A stretch of DNA of 64,000 nt from an uncultured Candidatus Saccharibacteria bacterium (GTDB taxonomy: Bacteria > Patescibacteriota > Dojkabacteria > SC72), in assembly GCA_964610125.1 (NCBI GenBank), contig CAZSUV010000001.1, positions 45,599-109,598 of the forward strand, in the 5' to 3' direction. This document shows, in pieces, positions 29,026-39,237 of this stretch. The notes under the pieces were generated by a model. It was not told the origin of the DNA. It saw nothing but the letters and a program-made list of their open reading frames with translations, and searched no databases. The first letter of the stretch is position 1, and each line of letters starts with the position of its first letter. Both the position numbers and the translations under genes were made by a program.

Positions 29026-30462
29026 TTATTGTGCTAACTGAATTGCTTTTCCAAGTAATATTGTAACATCTTCGCCGTTTAAATTGTTGGTGATGAATTC
29101 TGGTTTAGTCTTGTTTGTAATATTCAATGTTGTAGCAAATTCATCTACAGTAGCCGTGAACTCATTTTCTGTATGGGTATATATATATGTTTCTTCTTTG
29201 TCAGAGTAGAGTGTGCCTTTGTATATGATATTTAAGTAAGGGTACTGTATCCTTAGCGCTTGAACTTTTTTTGAAGCTTCTGTACTTCCTAATCCTGTAT
29301 TGTAAACATATATTCTTGCATCTTCGCTATAGAGCTCAGGATTGGATGAGATAAAATCAATATATTCATTAATATCAGTATATTTCCCGAAGCCGAGAGT
29401 GGGAGCTGAACCATCGGAGGCAATGATCTGAGAATTTGCAACTTGGGGGTCTAAGACAAATGAATAGGCATGTCCATTATTATCATTAAATTTCTTTGCA
29501 AGGTTTAGTCCGGCTTGTACATCACTGATTGTAAATTCTGAAACTTTGATATTATCAGCTATTGAAGAAATAATTCCCATTATAGCTTTAGGACTTGTAA
29601 GAGTAGAGGAACTTAAGATTTTATTCTTCACAGCCATAACTACATTTTGCTGTCTTCTAGCTCTTCCATAATCTAATCCATCTTGTGCAGAGTGTCTAGA
29701 GCGAGCATATTCTAATGCTGTGATTCCGTCCATATGTTGAATACCTGCTTTAAATGAAACGGTTTTCCAAAATCCACAACCAATTCCAATTGGGCCACAA
29801 GTGGTGTGTCCTGCGGGATCTCCTTTTATAGCAGGATAGTATGAATCTGTAAATGTTGTTTCTACATTTACATCTATTCCCCCAAGGGTATCGATTATTT
29901 CTGTAAATGCTTCAAAATTTACCATTGCATAGTATTGAATCTCTGTTCCTGTTACTTCTTCAACAGTTCTTTGTAACTCTTTTAATCCTGCAGTGTCGTC
30001 TCCGTCTCTGGTAAATGCATATACCGCATTTATTTTGTCATACCAATTAGATTTGTCACCAATTTCTACTTTGAAATCTCTTGGAATGGAAATCATAGTA
30101 ATATCGTTAGTATCATAGTTATAAGAAACTTCGATGATAGTGTCCGTATTTAATCCTCCAGAATCGGGTCTTGTGTCAATTCCAATTATTAAGAAGTTAG
30201 TTTGTTTTCCAGAGGAATCTTTTTTAAGTTCGGGTTCAACATTATTAAATGAAAAAGAACCAGAGTCTATCTTCAATCCTATCTTTTGAAATATAGCTAA
30301 GCCTTTAAATACTCCGAATATTATTCCTGCTAATATGACTACAACTATTCCTAGGATTAGAAATATAACCCATTTCTTTTTTTTCTTAGGTTCTTCTATC
30401 TGAAGCTTTGGTTTTGGAGCTGTTATCTCCTTTTCATCTATATTATTCATTTCAATAGTCAT
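29026..30462 (-). CDS. LCP (LytR-CpsA-Psr) family protein
   Basis: NFLIIGIDTR, NTDTI, SIPRD, KINAVY, ALEYARSRH and DYGRARRQQ. Confidence 0.92.
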   Translation of the reverse strand: MTIEMNNIDEKEITAPKPKLQIEEPKKKKKWVIFLILGIVVVILAGIIFGVFKGLAIFQKIGLKIDSGSFSFNNVEPELKKDSSGKQTNFLIIGIDTRPDSGGLNTDTIIEVSYNYDTNDITMISIPRDFKVEIGDKSNWYDKINAVYAFTRDGDDTAGLKELQRTVEEVTGTEIQYYAMVNFEAFTEIIDTLGGIDVNVETTFTDSYYPAIKGDPAGHTTCGPIGIGCGFWKTVSFKAGIQHMDGITALEYARSRHSAQDGLDYGRARRQQNVVMAVKNKILSSSTLTSPKAIMGIISSIADNIKVSEFTISDVQAGLNLAKKFNDNNGHAYSFVLDPQVANSQIIASDGSAPTLGFGKYTDINEYIDFISSNPELYSEDARIYVYNTGLGSTEASKKVQALRIQYPYLNIIYKGTLYSDKEETYIYTHTENEFTATVDEFATTLNITNKTKPEFITNNLNGEDVTILLGKAIQLAQ

Positions 30463-30480
30463 AGCGGGGCAGGACTAAAA

Positions 30481-31470
30481 TTATCTAAGATACTGATTTA
30501 CATTGTTGTTATGTTCTGCTGCTGTTCTGGCATAGTGCATAACCCCAGTTAGATCACTAATGAAGTAATAGTATGTTGAGTTTACAGGATTTCTTGCAGC
30601 ATTTATGGATTCTAGACCTGGATTGCAAATAGGAGTAGGTGGGAACCCTGCCACAATTCGAGTATTGTATGGATTATTAGCTTTCAAGTCAGCATCTGTA
30701 ATCTTGCTTTCATCCCAAGTCTTAAGATAGTAAAGAATTGTAGTATCTAGCCCTAGTTGCCATCCTTCATTGTACCTTTTTAGTATTATTCCGGTTATCA
30801 TTGCCCTATCGGTTGCTGTTCTACCTTCTTTTTCAGCCAAACTAGCTAAGATAATTGTTTGATATGAGTCATTTACTCCAACCTTAGTCTTAAATGTTCC
30901 AACAAGTCTAGTAGCTATATCTTTTTCAGTAACATCTGATGCAAATGCATATTTGTCAGGGAAGAGATATCCTTCCAAATCTTTAACATCTGAGTTTAAT
31001 CCAAATGTAGCTATGAAAGTTTGGTCTGTAGTTAAAGCTAAGAATGTATCTTTTGAGAATGTCGCTCCAATATTCTTTACTAATATATCTGCAATTTCAT
31101 CCTTTCTTAAACCTTCCGGTATTGTTACCCATATTTCTTGATCTTTACCGTTTTGTAATGTTTGGAAGATTTCAATAATATTTAAATTCTTAGGAATATT
31201 GTATGTCCCAGCTTGTAATTTGGAAGCAAGTTTGTTTAATCTAAGATATATTTTGGAATAGTTGACCCAATTAGGATTGATCAATCCTTGATCTACTAGA
31301 GACTGTAATATATCTGGAGCGGATTCACCATCTGCGATTGTTAATACTACTTTGTCAGAGCTTTCACTATTTGCTGTTTTTAACGCATGTGTGTAATCAA
31401 GCTTGATGATTACTCCAGCGATGACTACGGTTATTAATGCGAGGAGAAAAATTCTTACAATACTCTTCAT
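30481..31470 (-). CDS. mltG: Endolytic transglycosylase MltG (YceG)
   Basis: TIPEG, LEGYLFPDKY, ASLAEKE and NPYNTR..GFPPTPICNPG. Confidence 0.92.
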   Translation of the reverse strand: MKSIVRIFLLALITVVIAGVIIKLDYTHALKTANSESSDKVVLTIADGESAPDILQSLVDQGLINPNWVNYSKIYLRLNKLASKLQAGTYNIPKNLNIIEIFQTLQNGKDQEIWVTIPEGLRKDEIADILVKNIGATFSKDTFLALTTDQTFIATFGLNSDVKDLEGYLFPDKYAFASDVTEKDIATRLVGTFKTKVGVNDSYQTIILASLAEKEGRTATDRAMITGIILKRYNEGWQLGLDTTILYYLKTWDESKITDADLKANNPYNTRIVAGFPPTPICNPGLESINAARNPVNSTYYYFISDLTGVMHYARTAAEHNNNVNQYLR

Positions 31471-31474
31471 TTAT

Positions 31475-31903
31475 CTAGTGTTTTGAATTTAAAAATTCTT
31501 GTAAAAATACTGTTGCTGCTATTTTGTCTATCTTGTTCCTGAATCCTTTTGTGTTCTGTCCTGAAGATATTAACATATTTTCTGCTGAAGTTGTAGAAAA
31601 ACTTTCGTCGTACAGAATGATTGGTAGATCAGTGTTTTCTTTGAGTTTATATTCGAATTGGGTGACATGTTTTTGAGTTGTATTGTGCTTCTCTATGAAG
31701 GCTTGTGGGTATCCTAAAAGGATTGTTTTTACTCTGTATTCTTCACAGATTTCCAATATCTGTTTAATGATATCTGTTTGTCCATGATGTTCGGTTATGG
31801 ATAATACTTCTAAGGGGGATGCTATGATTCCCTTTGAATCGGATATTGCTAATCCGAAGTGTTTTTTCCCGTAATCTATGGCTAGGATTGGGTATTCAAT
31901 CAT
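31475..31903 (-). CDS. ruvX: YqgF/RuvX pre-16S rRNA nuclease
   Basis: LAIDYGKKHFGLAISD, DESFST and IDKIAA; found in the alaS-ruvX-mltG order. Confidence 0.92.
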   Translation of the reverse strand: MIEYPILAIDYGKKHFGLAISDSKGIIASPLEVLSITEHHGQTDIIKQILEICEEYRVKTILLGYPQAFIEKHNTTQKHVTQFEYKLKENTDLPIILYDESFSTTSAENMLISSGQNTKGFRNKIDKIAATVFLQEFLNSKH

Positions 31904-31904
31904 A

Positions 31905-33653
31905 TTATTCTAATACAGCTTTAATTCTTTTAATTCCTGCTGCTACATTTTCTTGTTTGGAGATTTTGAATTTTCCTAGTTCCTTGGTATTGGATACGTG
32001 TGGTCCGTTACAGATTTCAACAGAGTAGGGGTTTGTTTTTTCTCCAATGGTATATACCTTTACGATATCTCCATATTTTTCAGAGAATGCTGCAAATGGT
32101 ACCATCTTTAAGGCTTCTTTCTTAGGTAACTCTTCATATGTTATTGGTAAGGCTTTTTGTATTTGTTCATTTATCATTTCTTCTACTTGTTTTACTTGTT
32201 CTGGGGTTAGTTTGTTGTCAGATGGATAGTCAAATCTTAATCGTTCTGGAGTAATATTACTTCCTTTCTGGTATACCTGATCTCCCAAGATCTTTCTTAA
32301 TGTTGCAAGGAGTAAGTGAGTAGTTGTGTGATATTTAGTAGACATATCCGAGGTATCTGCGAGTCCACCTTTAAACATTCCTGCAGATGAGGTTCGAGAG
32401 AGTTCTTGATGCTTTTTCTGAGCCTCTTCGAATTCTTTCTCCAAATCAACAGCTTTAAATCCAATGCCTTTTTCGTTTAAAACTTCGGATGTAATCTCTA
32501 CAGGGATTCCATAGGTTTCGTAAAGTTGGAAGGCATCTTCCCCAGAAAGCTCCATTCTTAGTGATAGCTTTTTATCCAATTCCTTTAATCCATTCTCCAA
32601 TGTCTTACTAAATTTCTTCTCTTCTTCTTCCAATATATTTAATATTCTTTCTCTATCTGTTTCCAATTGAGAATATATTGGTGAGAACTGTTGTATAGCT
32701 ATCTCTCCAACTTTTCTAGTAAACAATCCCTCAATACCTAACTTCCGACCATGTCGTATAGCTCTTCTAATAATTCTTCTTAAAATATATCCTTGCTCAT
32801 TCCTACTAGGTTCTACACCATCCATAATCATCCATGTAGCAGCCTTAATATGGTCAGTGATAATTCTTTGAGAAACTAATATATCATTCTTGCCAAGTGA
32901 TTTAACTAAATCAAAGATTGGTTTGTAAATATCTGTGTCGTAGAAGCTATCTACTCCTTGAGATATACAAGCCAATCTATCCAATCCTCCACCAAAATCT
33001 ACATTATGTCTTCCCAATGGTCTGTATTCATTTCCAACCTTAAGATATTCCATGAACACATTATTTCCAATTTCAACTAGCTCACCATTAATTTCATAGA
33101 AGATTTCTGAGTCAGGACCACATGGCCCACCAGTTGCTAATTCCCACCAATTATCATCTTTGCCTTTTTCTAATATCTTTTCTCCAACCTTTGCATCAAT
33201 ACCATACTCTTTGAAAAGGTTCGTCCATATCTCTATGGATTCTGTATCCTTTGGAGAAGTATCATCACCTTTGAAAACAGTTGCATATATTCTGTTAATA
33301 TCAAATCCTAATTCTTCAACAAAAAATCTTAATGTTAAACCAATAGCTTCTTGCTTAAAATAGTCATTTAGAGACCAGTTTCCCAACATTTCAAATGTAG
33401 TACAGTGATATGCATCTCCAACACCATCGATATCTATAGTTCTAACACATCTTTGTGAATCTACTAATCTTGTACCCTTAGGATGAGTTTCTCCTTGTAA
33501 AAATGGTACCAATGGAAACATTCCAGCATTAACAAAAAGCACAGAAGGATCATTCTCTGGTACGAGTGGAGCACTAGGTATCTCTTGGTGATTATTCTTT
33601 TTGAAATATTCAATATATTTTTCCCTTATTTCTTTGTATGAAAATGTATTCAT
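31905..33653 (-). CDS. alaS: Alanine--tRNA ligase, short form
   Basis: NAGM, FEMLGNWS, GPCGPDSEI, editing motifs HTTTH and CNGPH. Ends at GIKRIKA with no C-Ala domain. Confidence 0.95.
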   Translation of the reverse strand: MNTFSYKEIREKYIEYFKKNNHQEIPSAPLVPENDPSVLFVNAGMFPLVPFLQGETHPKGTRLVDSQRCVRTIDIDGVGDAYHCTTFEMLGNWSLNDYFKQEAIGLTLRFFVEELGFDINRIYATVFKGDDTSPKDTESIEIWTNLFKEYGIDAKVGEKILEKGKDDNWWELATGGPCGPDSEIFYEINGELVEIGNNVFMEYLKVGNEYRPLGRHNVDFGGGLDRLACISQGVDSFYDTDIYKPIFDLVKSLGKNDILVSQRIITDHIKAATWMIMDGVEPSRNEQGYILRRIIRRAIRHGRKLGIEGLFTRKVGEIAIQQFSPIYSQLETDRERILNILEEEEKKFSKTLENGLKELDKKLSLRMELSGEDAFQLYETYGIPVEITSEVLNEKGIGFKAVDLEKEFEEAQKKHQELSRTSSAGMFKGGLADTSDMSTKYHTTTHLLLATLRKILGDQVYQKGSNITPERLRFDYPSDNKLTPEQVKQVEEMINEQIQKALPITYEELPKKEALKMVPFAAFSEKYGDIVKVYTIGEKTNPYSVEICNGPHVSNTKELGKFKISKQENVAAGIKRIKAVLE

Positions 33654-33686
33654 AAGGGAGATTATATCAATTTAAGCATACAGAAT

Positions 33687-35852
33687 CTATTCCTTGGTTG
33701 TTGATGCTTCTTCTTGTTCTACCTGTTGTATTTGTTCATATATTGAAGCTAAGTCTTCTCCAACATTTAGATCTACATTTAGATCTGGTTCTGGTGGAGT
33801 AGGAGGAGTATTTTCAACTACAGGAGTAGTAGGAGCAATATTTTCTTCTGCTTGGATTGGAGCTGGTTCTTCAGCTGGAATTGGTTTTGGAGTAGGTGTT
33901 GGAACAACTACTTCTTTCTCTACCACAGGTTCAGGAACTATTTCCTCTTTCACTGGTTCTGGTGTAACTTCTTCAACAACTGGTTCTGGTTCAACTGCAA
34001 CCTCTTCGATTGGTTCAGGAATAGGATCAACCTTTGGTTCCTCTACAGGAATTGGAGTTTGTATAGTCATTGTAGATTCCTTTGGAACAGGAGCAGCATA
34101 GTTATCCCAAACATCTGTAGTTGGTTTTGCTTCTTCAACAGGTGTCTCTACTAAACTTGTTACTTCTGATTCAGTCGGTGTAAATGCAGGAATAGGTTCC
34201 GTAGGAAGAGTAGGAATATATCCACCATTCTGTGGAGCATCCTCTTGTTTGTACTGCTCTTCTTTCCAGACCTTAAATATGATTATTGGCGCTACTATTG
34301 CTGCAATGATTACTAATATTCCAACACCAATGATTATTAATGTCCTCTGACTTATCTCCATTCCCAATATCTTTACATATCCCTCAGCCACAGTTTCATC
34401 GGATTGAATTGTAAATGTCCAAGACTTAGTTACAGATTTACCATTGGAATCTTCAAAATATATCTCCATCTTGTGTAATCCAGTAGTAAGATCTTCTGAA
34501 GGTTGATATATGATTGTATGTTCATGATCAGAGATCTGGTTGATGCTTACATCACTACTTACATCCTTGTCATCAAGCTTTACTAATATACTTTCCTCAT
34601 CTATGGTTGCATTAGTTCCCGCAATTATGGTTGCTTTGGTTGTAACCTGTTTGTTCTGAACAGTATCCGTACTGTTTGGAGACATATTTATGACTTGTGG
34701 ATCAGCTATGACCACAACATCATCCTCAACTGGTTTTGTAGAAGTTCCACTTACAACTATCTCTGGTGAAAGCCCAATACCTGTTAATGAAGGACTCTGG
34801 TTGTCGCTAGCTCTAAGGATTGCTTTGTAATTACCTGGTTCTAAGTTAGTAGTATCTATGATGTATGATGTCGTCTTTGAAGAAATATTGTTGTTGATCA
34901 TTACCCAATCAGTTTGATCAGTTGGATTTTGACTTACATACAACTCATACTTAGTTATTTCATTTAAATCAGTTGCTTCCCATGATATTTTCAAGGATTG
35001 GCCTCTGTCTACTCTTGTACTCGAAACAGGCGAGAGAACTTTAACATTTGGAATATCATTGGTTGCAGGACTTACACTTACTACCCAAGTCTGTGAGGCT
35101 AAGTGCTTACTGTATCCATCATGAATGAATACATTAGCAAGGTAGCTTGCAGGAGTATCTGTTGAACCTTGGAATTTGATTGTTAATTTACCATTAGAAC
35201 CATCTTCAATGATTGTTGGTTTTAACCATGTAGCCCCTGGGGTGAATGAGTAACTGTAGTTAATATGGTCACCATCAATATCTAATGCAGTAAGGGTATA
35301 TTCATACACTATTCCTGTCTTGATATCTTGTGATGGCTTGGATCCTGCTGGAACAGATGTAAATTCAGGGATCAAGTTGCTAGTCATAGCTTTCAAACCT
35401 AGAATGTCATATTCACTACTGATTTTACATGCTACACTTCCACCTCCAACTTTAGAGATGAGACCTAGCATATCTACAGTTCCAGATTTCATTGGTGTAA
35501 ATTTGAAGCTAGTAGCAAGTGAAGTAGGGGATTTGGTAAATTCTTCAGTATGGATTGTATTTCCCGTCGAGTCAGTTATTTTTAATGAAGCAATTCCAGC
35601 ATCTTTTAACGTAGCATCTACCTGGATTGTAATCTCTTTCCCAACCTCTAAGGTATATGGATTAACATTTGGAAGAGATATGACGCAAGGGTTTTCATCA
35701 CTAACAGTAATGCTATCAAAAGCCATATTTCGGATATCAAATGACCCATTTATGACTCCCCATGTGACTAAAGGTATTGAGAGCAACAAAAAGAATGTGG
35801 AATATATTACAAAAAGTGACTTGGTTTTTCGTGGGGCATTTCGAATCTTCAT
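33687..35852 (-). CDS. Multi-Ig-domain membrane protein with Pro/Glu-rich tail
   Basis: N-terminal TM helix, cadherin/Ig-like repeats (YEYTLTALDIDGD), second TM helix and a PEPV-rich tail. Confidence 0.78.
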   Translation of the reverse strand: MKIRNAPRKTKSLFVIYSTFFLLLSIPLVTWGVINGSFDIRNMAFDSITVSDENPCVISLPNVNPYTLEVGKEITIQVDATLKDAGIASLKITDSTGNTIHTEEFTKSPTSLATSFKFTPMKSGTVDMLGLISKVGGGSVACKISSEYDILGLKAMTSNLIPEFTSVPAGSKPSQDIKTGIVYEYTLTALDIDGDHINYSYSFTPGATWLKPTIIEDGSNGKLTIKFQGSTDTPASYLANVFIHDGYSKHLASQTWVVSVSPATNDIPNVKVLSPVSSTRVDRGQSLKISWEATDLNEITKYELYVSQNPTDQTDWVMINNNISSKTTSYIIDTTNLEPGNYKAILRASDNQSPSLTGIGLSPEIVVSGTSTKPVEDDVVVIADPQVINMSPNSTDTVQNKQVTTKATIIAGTNATIDEESILVKLDDKDVSSDVSINQISDHEHTIIYQPSEDLTTGLHKMEIYFEDSNGKSVTKSWTFTIQSDETVAEGYVKILGMEISQRTLIIIGVGILVIIAAIVAPIIIFKVWKEEQYKQEDAPQNGGYIPTLPTEPIPAFTPTESEVTSLVETPVEEAKPTTDVWDNYAAPVPKESTMTIQTPIPVEEPKVDPIPEPIEEVAVEPEPVVEEVTPEPVKEEIVPEPVVEKEVVVPTPTPKPIPAEEPAPIQAEENIAPTTPVVENTPPTPPEPDLNVDLNVGEDLASIYEQIQQVEQEEASTTKE

Positions 35853-35869
35853 TGTATATATAATAAGCG

Positions 35870-37219
35870 TTATTTGTTGGTTTGTGCAAGTTGATTATTA
35901 ATATCTGTCTCTGCCTTCTTTAATGCAGTCTGAGTATCTTCACCATCTTCAACTATGCTAGTTATTGCTTCATTTAAAGTAGCCTTTACGAATGATTCAT
36001 CACCCATCTGCCATGAGATCATTTTGGGAGCAGAGGTTGCAAGTGCAGCGCCGTATGAATTTGTGGCTAATTCTGCATTTAATTCTACCAATGAATATGG
36101 CTCTCCAAATGCTCTGATCTTTGCAGCATTTGAATACAAAGTTTTTTGTTGTTCTTTTTGAGCTAAGAAGGCTACAAAATCCCAAGCCGCTTTTGGATTT
36201 GCACTATTCTTACTTACGGCTTCTGCCCAATATGTAGAGTAGTAGATTGGATCCTCATTAGCAGAAAGCTGAGGAAGAGTTGCCATTCCAAATTCAATTG
36301 TTGGTGCTGACTGGATTATCTCAAATGCTCTCCAACTTGGAGCTATAAACATTGCGAGTTTGCCTTGGAAGAACATGTTTAAATCTGTACCTAGGCTTGA
36401 ATCCCAGGTTGCATCTTTACCTGAAGCGAAGCTAATATATGTATCCATAACGCTTTCTGCGCTGGTGGTATTTAAAGTTACAGCGGTTTTGGTTTCATCA
36501 ATAATATCGATACCTTGAGAAAGCATTAAGAAAGAGAGTATTTCTGCTGCATGACTTACATTTTTAGATGTCCCCATAGCCAATCCTGCTTGTGTGATTT
36601 TCCCTGTTGTAGATTTCTTTGTTAATTTTTGTGCTAGTTCTACGAATGAATCCCAATCTGTTGGAGTGGTAGTTACACCTGCGGTTGCGAGTAGTTGTTT
36701 GTTGTAGAATACGACCAATCCGTCTATTTCCAATGGCATTGCATATATGTTTCCATCTTTTGCAGTTAAATCTGCTGTAGCGGTTGGGTAGAATGTTGAG
36801 GCATATTTTTCTTTTGTCATTACTGTTGAAGGTAGCGCGTAGAGATATTTGTAGTACTTTGGAATCCATGTATTATGGATTCTGAAGATATCTGGAGCTG
36901 GTTCAGAGGAGGTAGTTGATTGTTGTAGGCGTGTGTAAAGTCTACTCTCGTAATTGGTATATGTCTGCTGAGAGTAGAGGATAGTAACGCCTTTGTGGGC
37001 TGATTCATACTCATCTATTAGGGGTTGCATTACTGTTGATGGTTCCCAAAGTCCCCAATATACCAATTCTCCAGTCCCAACATCCGATGTATTATCATTA
37101 TTCTTGCTATTTGCATTCACTAGAAGTATTACAACAGTTGTAACTACAACTACAATTAACGCTATGAAGCCGAGTAGTAAGAAAGTCTTTTTCTTAGGGT
37201 CTATGGTCTTAAAATCCAT
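35870..37219 (-). CDS. Sugar ABC-type extracellular solute-binding protein (no permease genes adjacent)
   Basis: LVYWGLWE, PDIF, IYAMPLEIDGLVVFYNK and FFQGKLAM. Confidence 0.85.
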   Translation of the reverse strand: MDFKTIDPKKKTFLLLGFIALIVVVVTTVVILLVNANSKNNDNTSDVGTGELVYWGLWEPSTVMQPLIDEYESAHKGVTILYSQQTYTNYESRLYTRLQQSTTSSEPAPDIFRIHNTWIPKYYKYLYALPSTVMTKEKYASTFYPTATADLTAKDGNIYAMPLEIDGLVVFYNKQLLATAGVTTTPTDWDSFVELAQKLTKKSTTGKITQAGLAMGTSKNVSHAAEILSFLMLSQGIDIIDETKTAVTLNTTSAESVMDTYISFASGKDATWDSSLGTDLNMFFQGKLAMFIAPSWRAFEIIQSAPTIEFGMATLPQLSANEDPIYYSTYWAEAVSKNSANPKAAWDFVAFLAQKEQQKTLYSNAAKIRAFGEPYSLVELNAELATNSYGAALATSAPKMISWQMGDESFVKATLNEAITSIVEDGEDTQTALKKAETDINNQLAQTNK

Positions 37220-37239
37220 TATTGTTTGTATTTAAAATT

Positions 37240-38034
37240 TTAAATCTGTCTTTCAGCGACTACTATTAATCTCTTTGTCCCAATCCCGAGTGGCCAACAT
37301 GTCATCATTGTTATTGTTTCTTTGTTATTTTGTGATTCTAGTATGGAAAAATCATCAGGAGAAACAATCTTTTTACTTCTTACGATATATTTTAATACCT
37401 TCTCATCTTTTTTAATATCTACTTCTTGCCCAATATCTATATTACCCAATCTAGAGAAGATTGTCTCGGGTAAGTTTTGGTGGCTGTCAAAGAAGCTTTC
37501 TACCGCACTATGGCCATATATGAAGGCATTGCCTCCATCTCCTGGAAGTGGGGTTCCTTTGAAATGTGCTAATCCTTGCTTGAGGTATTGGTTGTATACC
37601 TTCTCGTTATAGCTATCTACATTTGCCGATATTTTAATATTCGCTATCCCTATACTTGCAATATCGATATACATTGGTTTGTCATATTCCTTGTTAACAA
37701 CAATATCCTTCTGTGTTTGTGTTACTGGATCGTAATATTGTGAATCTGATACATTTCCTAACTGTTGTGAGAGGTTTGCAAAGTAGCTTTTGCCGGGATC
37801 GTAGTAGGCGAGTTGGGATTCAATATATGTTTGGTATGATTCGGGGACTGGTTCTACCTTTGAATCTGCTCTTGCTTGTTCAATCATTCCATCGATATAT
37901 GACTTTGCTAGAGGGATTACTTGACTCAATATGATTATGAGGCCAATTACAGCTAGTACTACAGAAATATATATTCTTGTTTTTTTTACTTTGGTTTGGC
38001 TTTCGGTTTGTATGTTCCAATCGGGATTTTGCAT
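37240..38034 (-). CDS. Sortase
   Basis: N-terminal TM helix; HFKGTPLPGDGGNAFIYGHS (His), TITMMTCWP (Cys) and KRLIV (Arg) form the catalytic triad. Confidence 0.9.
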   Translation of the reverse strand: MQNPDWNIQTESQTKVKKTRIYISVVLAVIGLIIILSQVIPLAKSYIDGMIEQARADSKVEPVPESYQTYIESQLAYYDPGKSYFANLSQQLGNVSDSQYYDPVTQTQKDIVVNKEYDKPMYIDIASIGIANIKISANVDSYNEKVYNQYLKQGLAHFKGTPLPGDGGNAFIYGHSAVESFFDSHQNLPETIFSRLGNIDIGQEVDIKKDEKVLKYIVRSKKIVSPDDFSILESQNNKETITMMTCWPLGIGTKRLIVVAERQI

Positions 38035-38114
38035 AACGATATATTACCAGATTTAAAGGACAATTGGAGGACACCTCTAGCAAATTGAAATGGCGTTTGC
38101 TAAAATACTTGGCT

Positions 38115-39212
38115 ATGGAAAAACGAGATTACTATGAAGTATTAGGTGTAGACAAAAAGGCTACTCAAACAGAGCTTAAAAAGGCTTACAGAAACCTTGT
38201 TAAGAAATATCATCCTGATTCTAACAAAGATGATGGCGCTGAAGAAAAGTTTAAAGAAGTTCAAGAGGCATATGAGGTACTTTCGGATGAGTCTAAGCGT
38301 TCTGCATATGATCAGTATGGTCATGCGGGTACTGCTGGTTTTAATCCTGGGGCTGGTGGATATTCTGATTTTAGTGGTTTTGATGGTAATACTCCTTTTG
38401 ATATGGGGGATATTTTTAATTCTTTCTTTGGTGGAGGTAATAGCGGTTTTGATTTTGGATTTGGTAATTCTTCTGGTAGAAGACAAGCACAGGGTGGTGC
38501 AGATATTCGTTACAGAGTGAGATTGAAATTTGATGAGGCTATGGAGGGTGGTGAGTATGAGATTAAGGTTCAGAGGGATGAGACTTGTGAGCATTGTGAG
38601 GGTACTGGTAGTGAGGATGGTAAGGTTGAGACTTGTTCTGCGTGTCATGGGTCTGGTCAGGAGAGGCAGGTTAGAAACACGATACTAGGTCAGATTGCTG
38701 TTATGGGTGTGTGTTCTAAGTGTAAGGGTACTGGTAAGAGCATTAAGAATGAGTGTAAGGTTTGTGGCGGTTCTGGTGTTAATGCTACTTCTGAGAAGGT
38801 TAAGGTGAAGATTCCTGCGGGTGCATATGATGGTATGATTTTGAGATTTAGAGGTGGTGGAAATGCGGGTAACAATGGTAGTGCTCATGGGGATTTGTAT
38901 GTAGAGATTGAGGTTGAGACTTCTTCTAAGTTTGAGAGAAGAGGTAATGATATTTATTCTGATGTTGATATTCCTATTCATATGGCGGTATTGGGTGGCA
39001 AGGTTGATGTTGATACTGTTGCTGGGAATGTGGTTTTAAAGATTCCTAATGGTACTCAATCTGGGTCTATATTTAGATTAAAGGGTAAGGGTGCATATAT
39101 TTTGAATGGTGAGGGTAAGAGAGGGGATCATTATGTGAGGATAAATATACATGTACCTGCTAGATTGAACAGGAAAGAGAAAGAATTGTGGGAGGAGTTG
39201 AGTAAGGTTTAA
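38115..39212 (+). CDS. dnaJ: Chaperone DnaJ
   Basis: J domain (YHPD), G/F region and four CxxCxGxG repeats. ATG at 38115 follows TGCTAAAAT. Confidence 0.97.
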   Translation: MEKRDYYEVLGVDKKATQTELKKAYRNLVKKYHPDSNKDDGAEEKFKEVQEAYEVLSDESKRSAYDQYGHAGTAGFNPGAGGYSDFSGFDGNTPFDMGDIFNSFFGGGNSGFDFGFGNSSGRRQAQGGADIRYRVRLKFDEAMEGGEYEIKVQRDETCEHCEGTGSEDGKVETCSACHGSGQERQVRNTILGQIAVMGVCSKCKGTGKSIKNECKVCGGSGVNATSEKVKVKIPAGAYDGMILRFRGGGNAGNNGSAHGDLYVEIEVETSSKFERRGNDIYSDVDIPIHMAVLGGKVDVDTVAGNVVLKIPNGTQSGSIFRLKGKGAYILNGEGKRGDHYVRINIHVPARLNRKEKELWEELSKV

Positions 39213-39237
39213 TTCTACCTTGTGATATACTTTTTGT

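Noticed and set aside
33694-34200. Tandem DNA repeats or CRISPR-like periodicity in Pro/Glu/Thr-rich regions (also 9640-10320 and 43310-43460)
   Set aside because: These are imperfect codon-level repeats from low-complexity protein tails, with no constant repeat-spacer structure.
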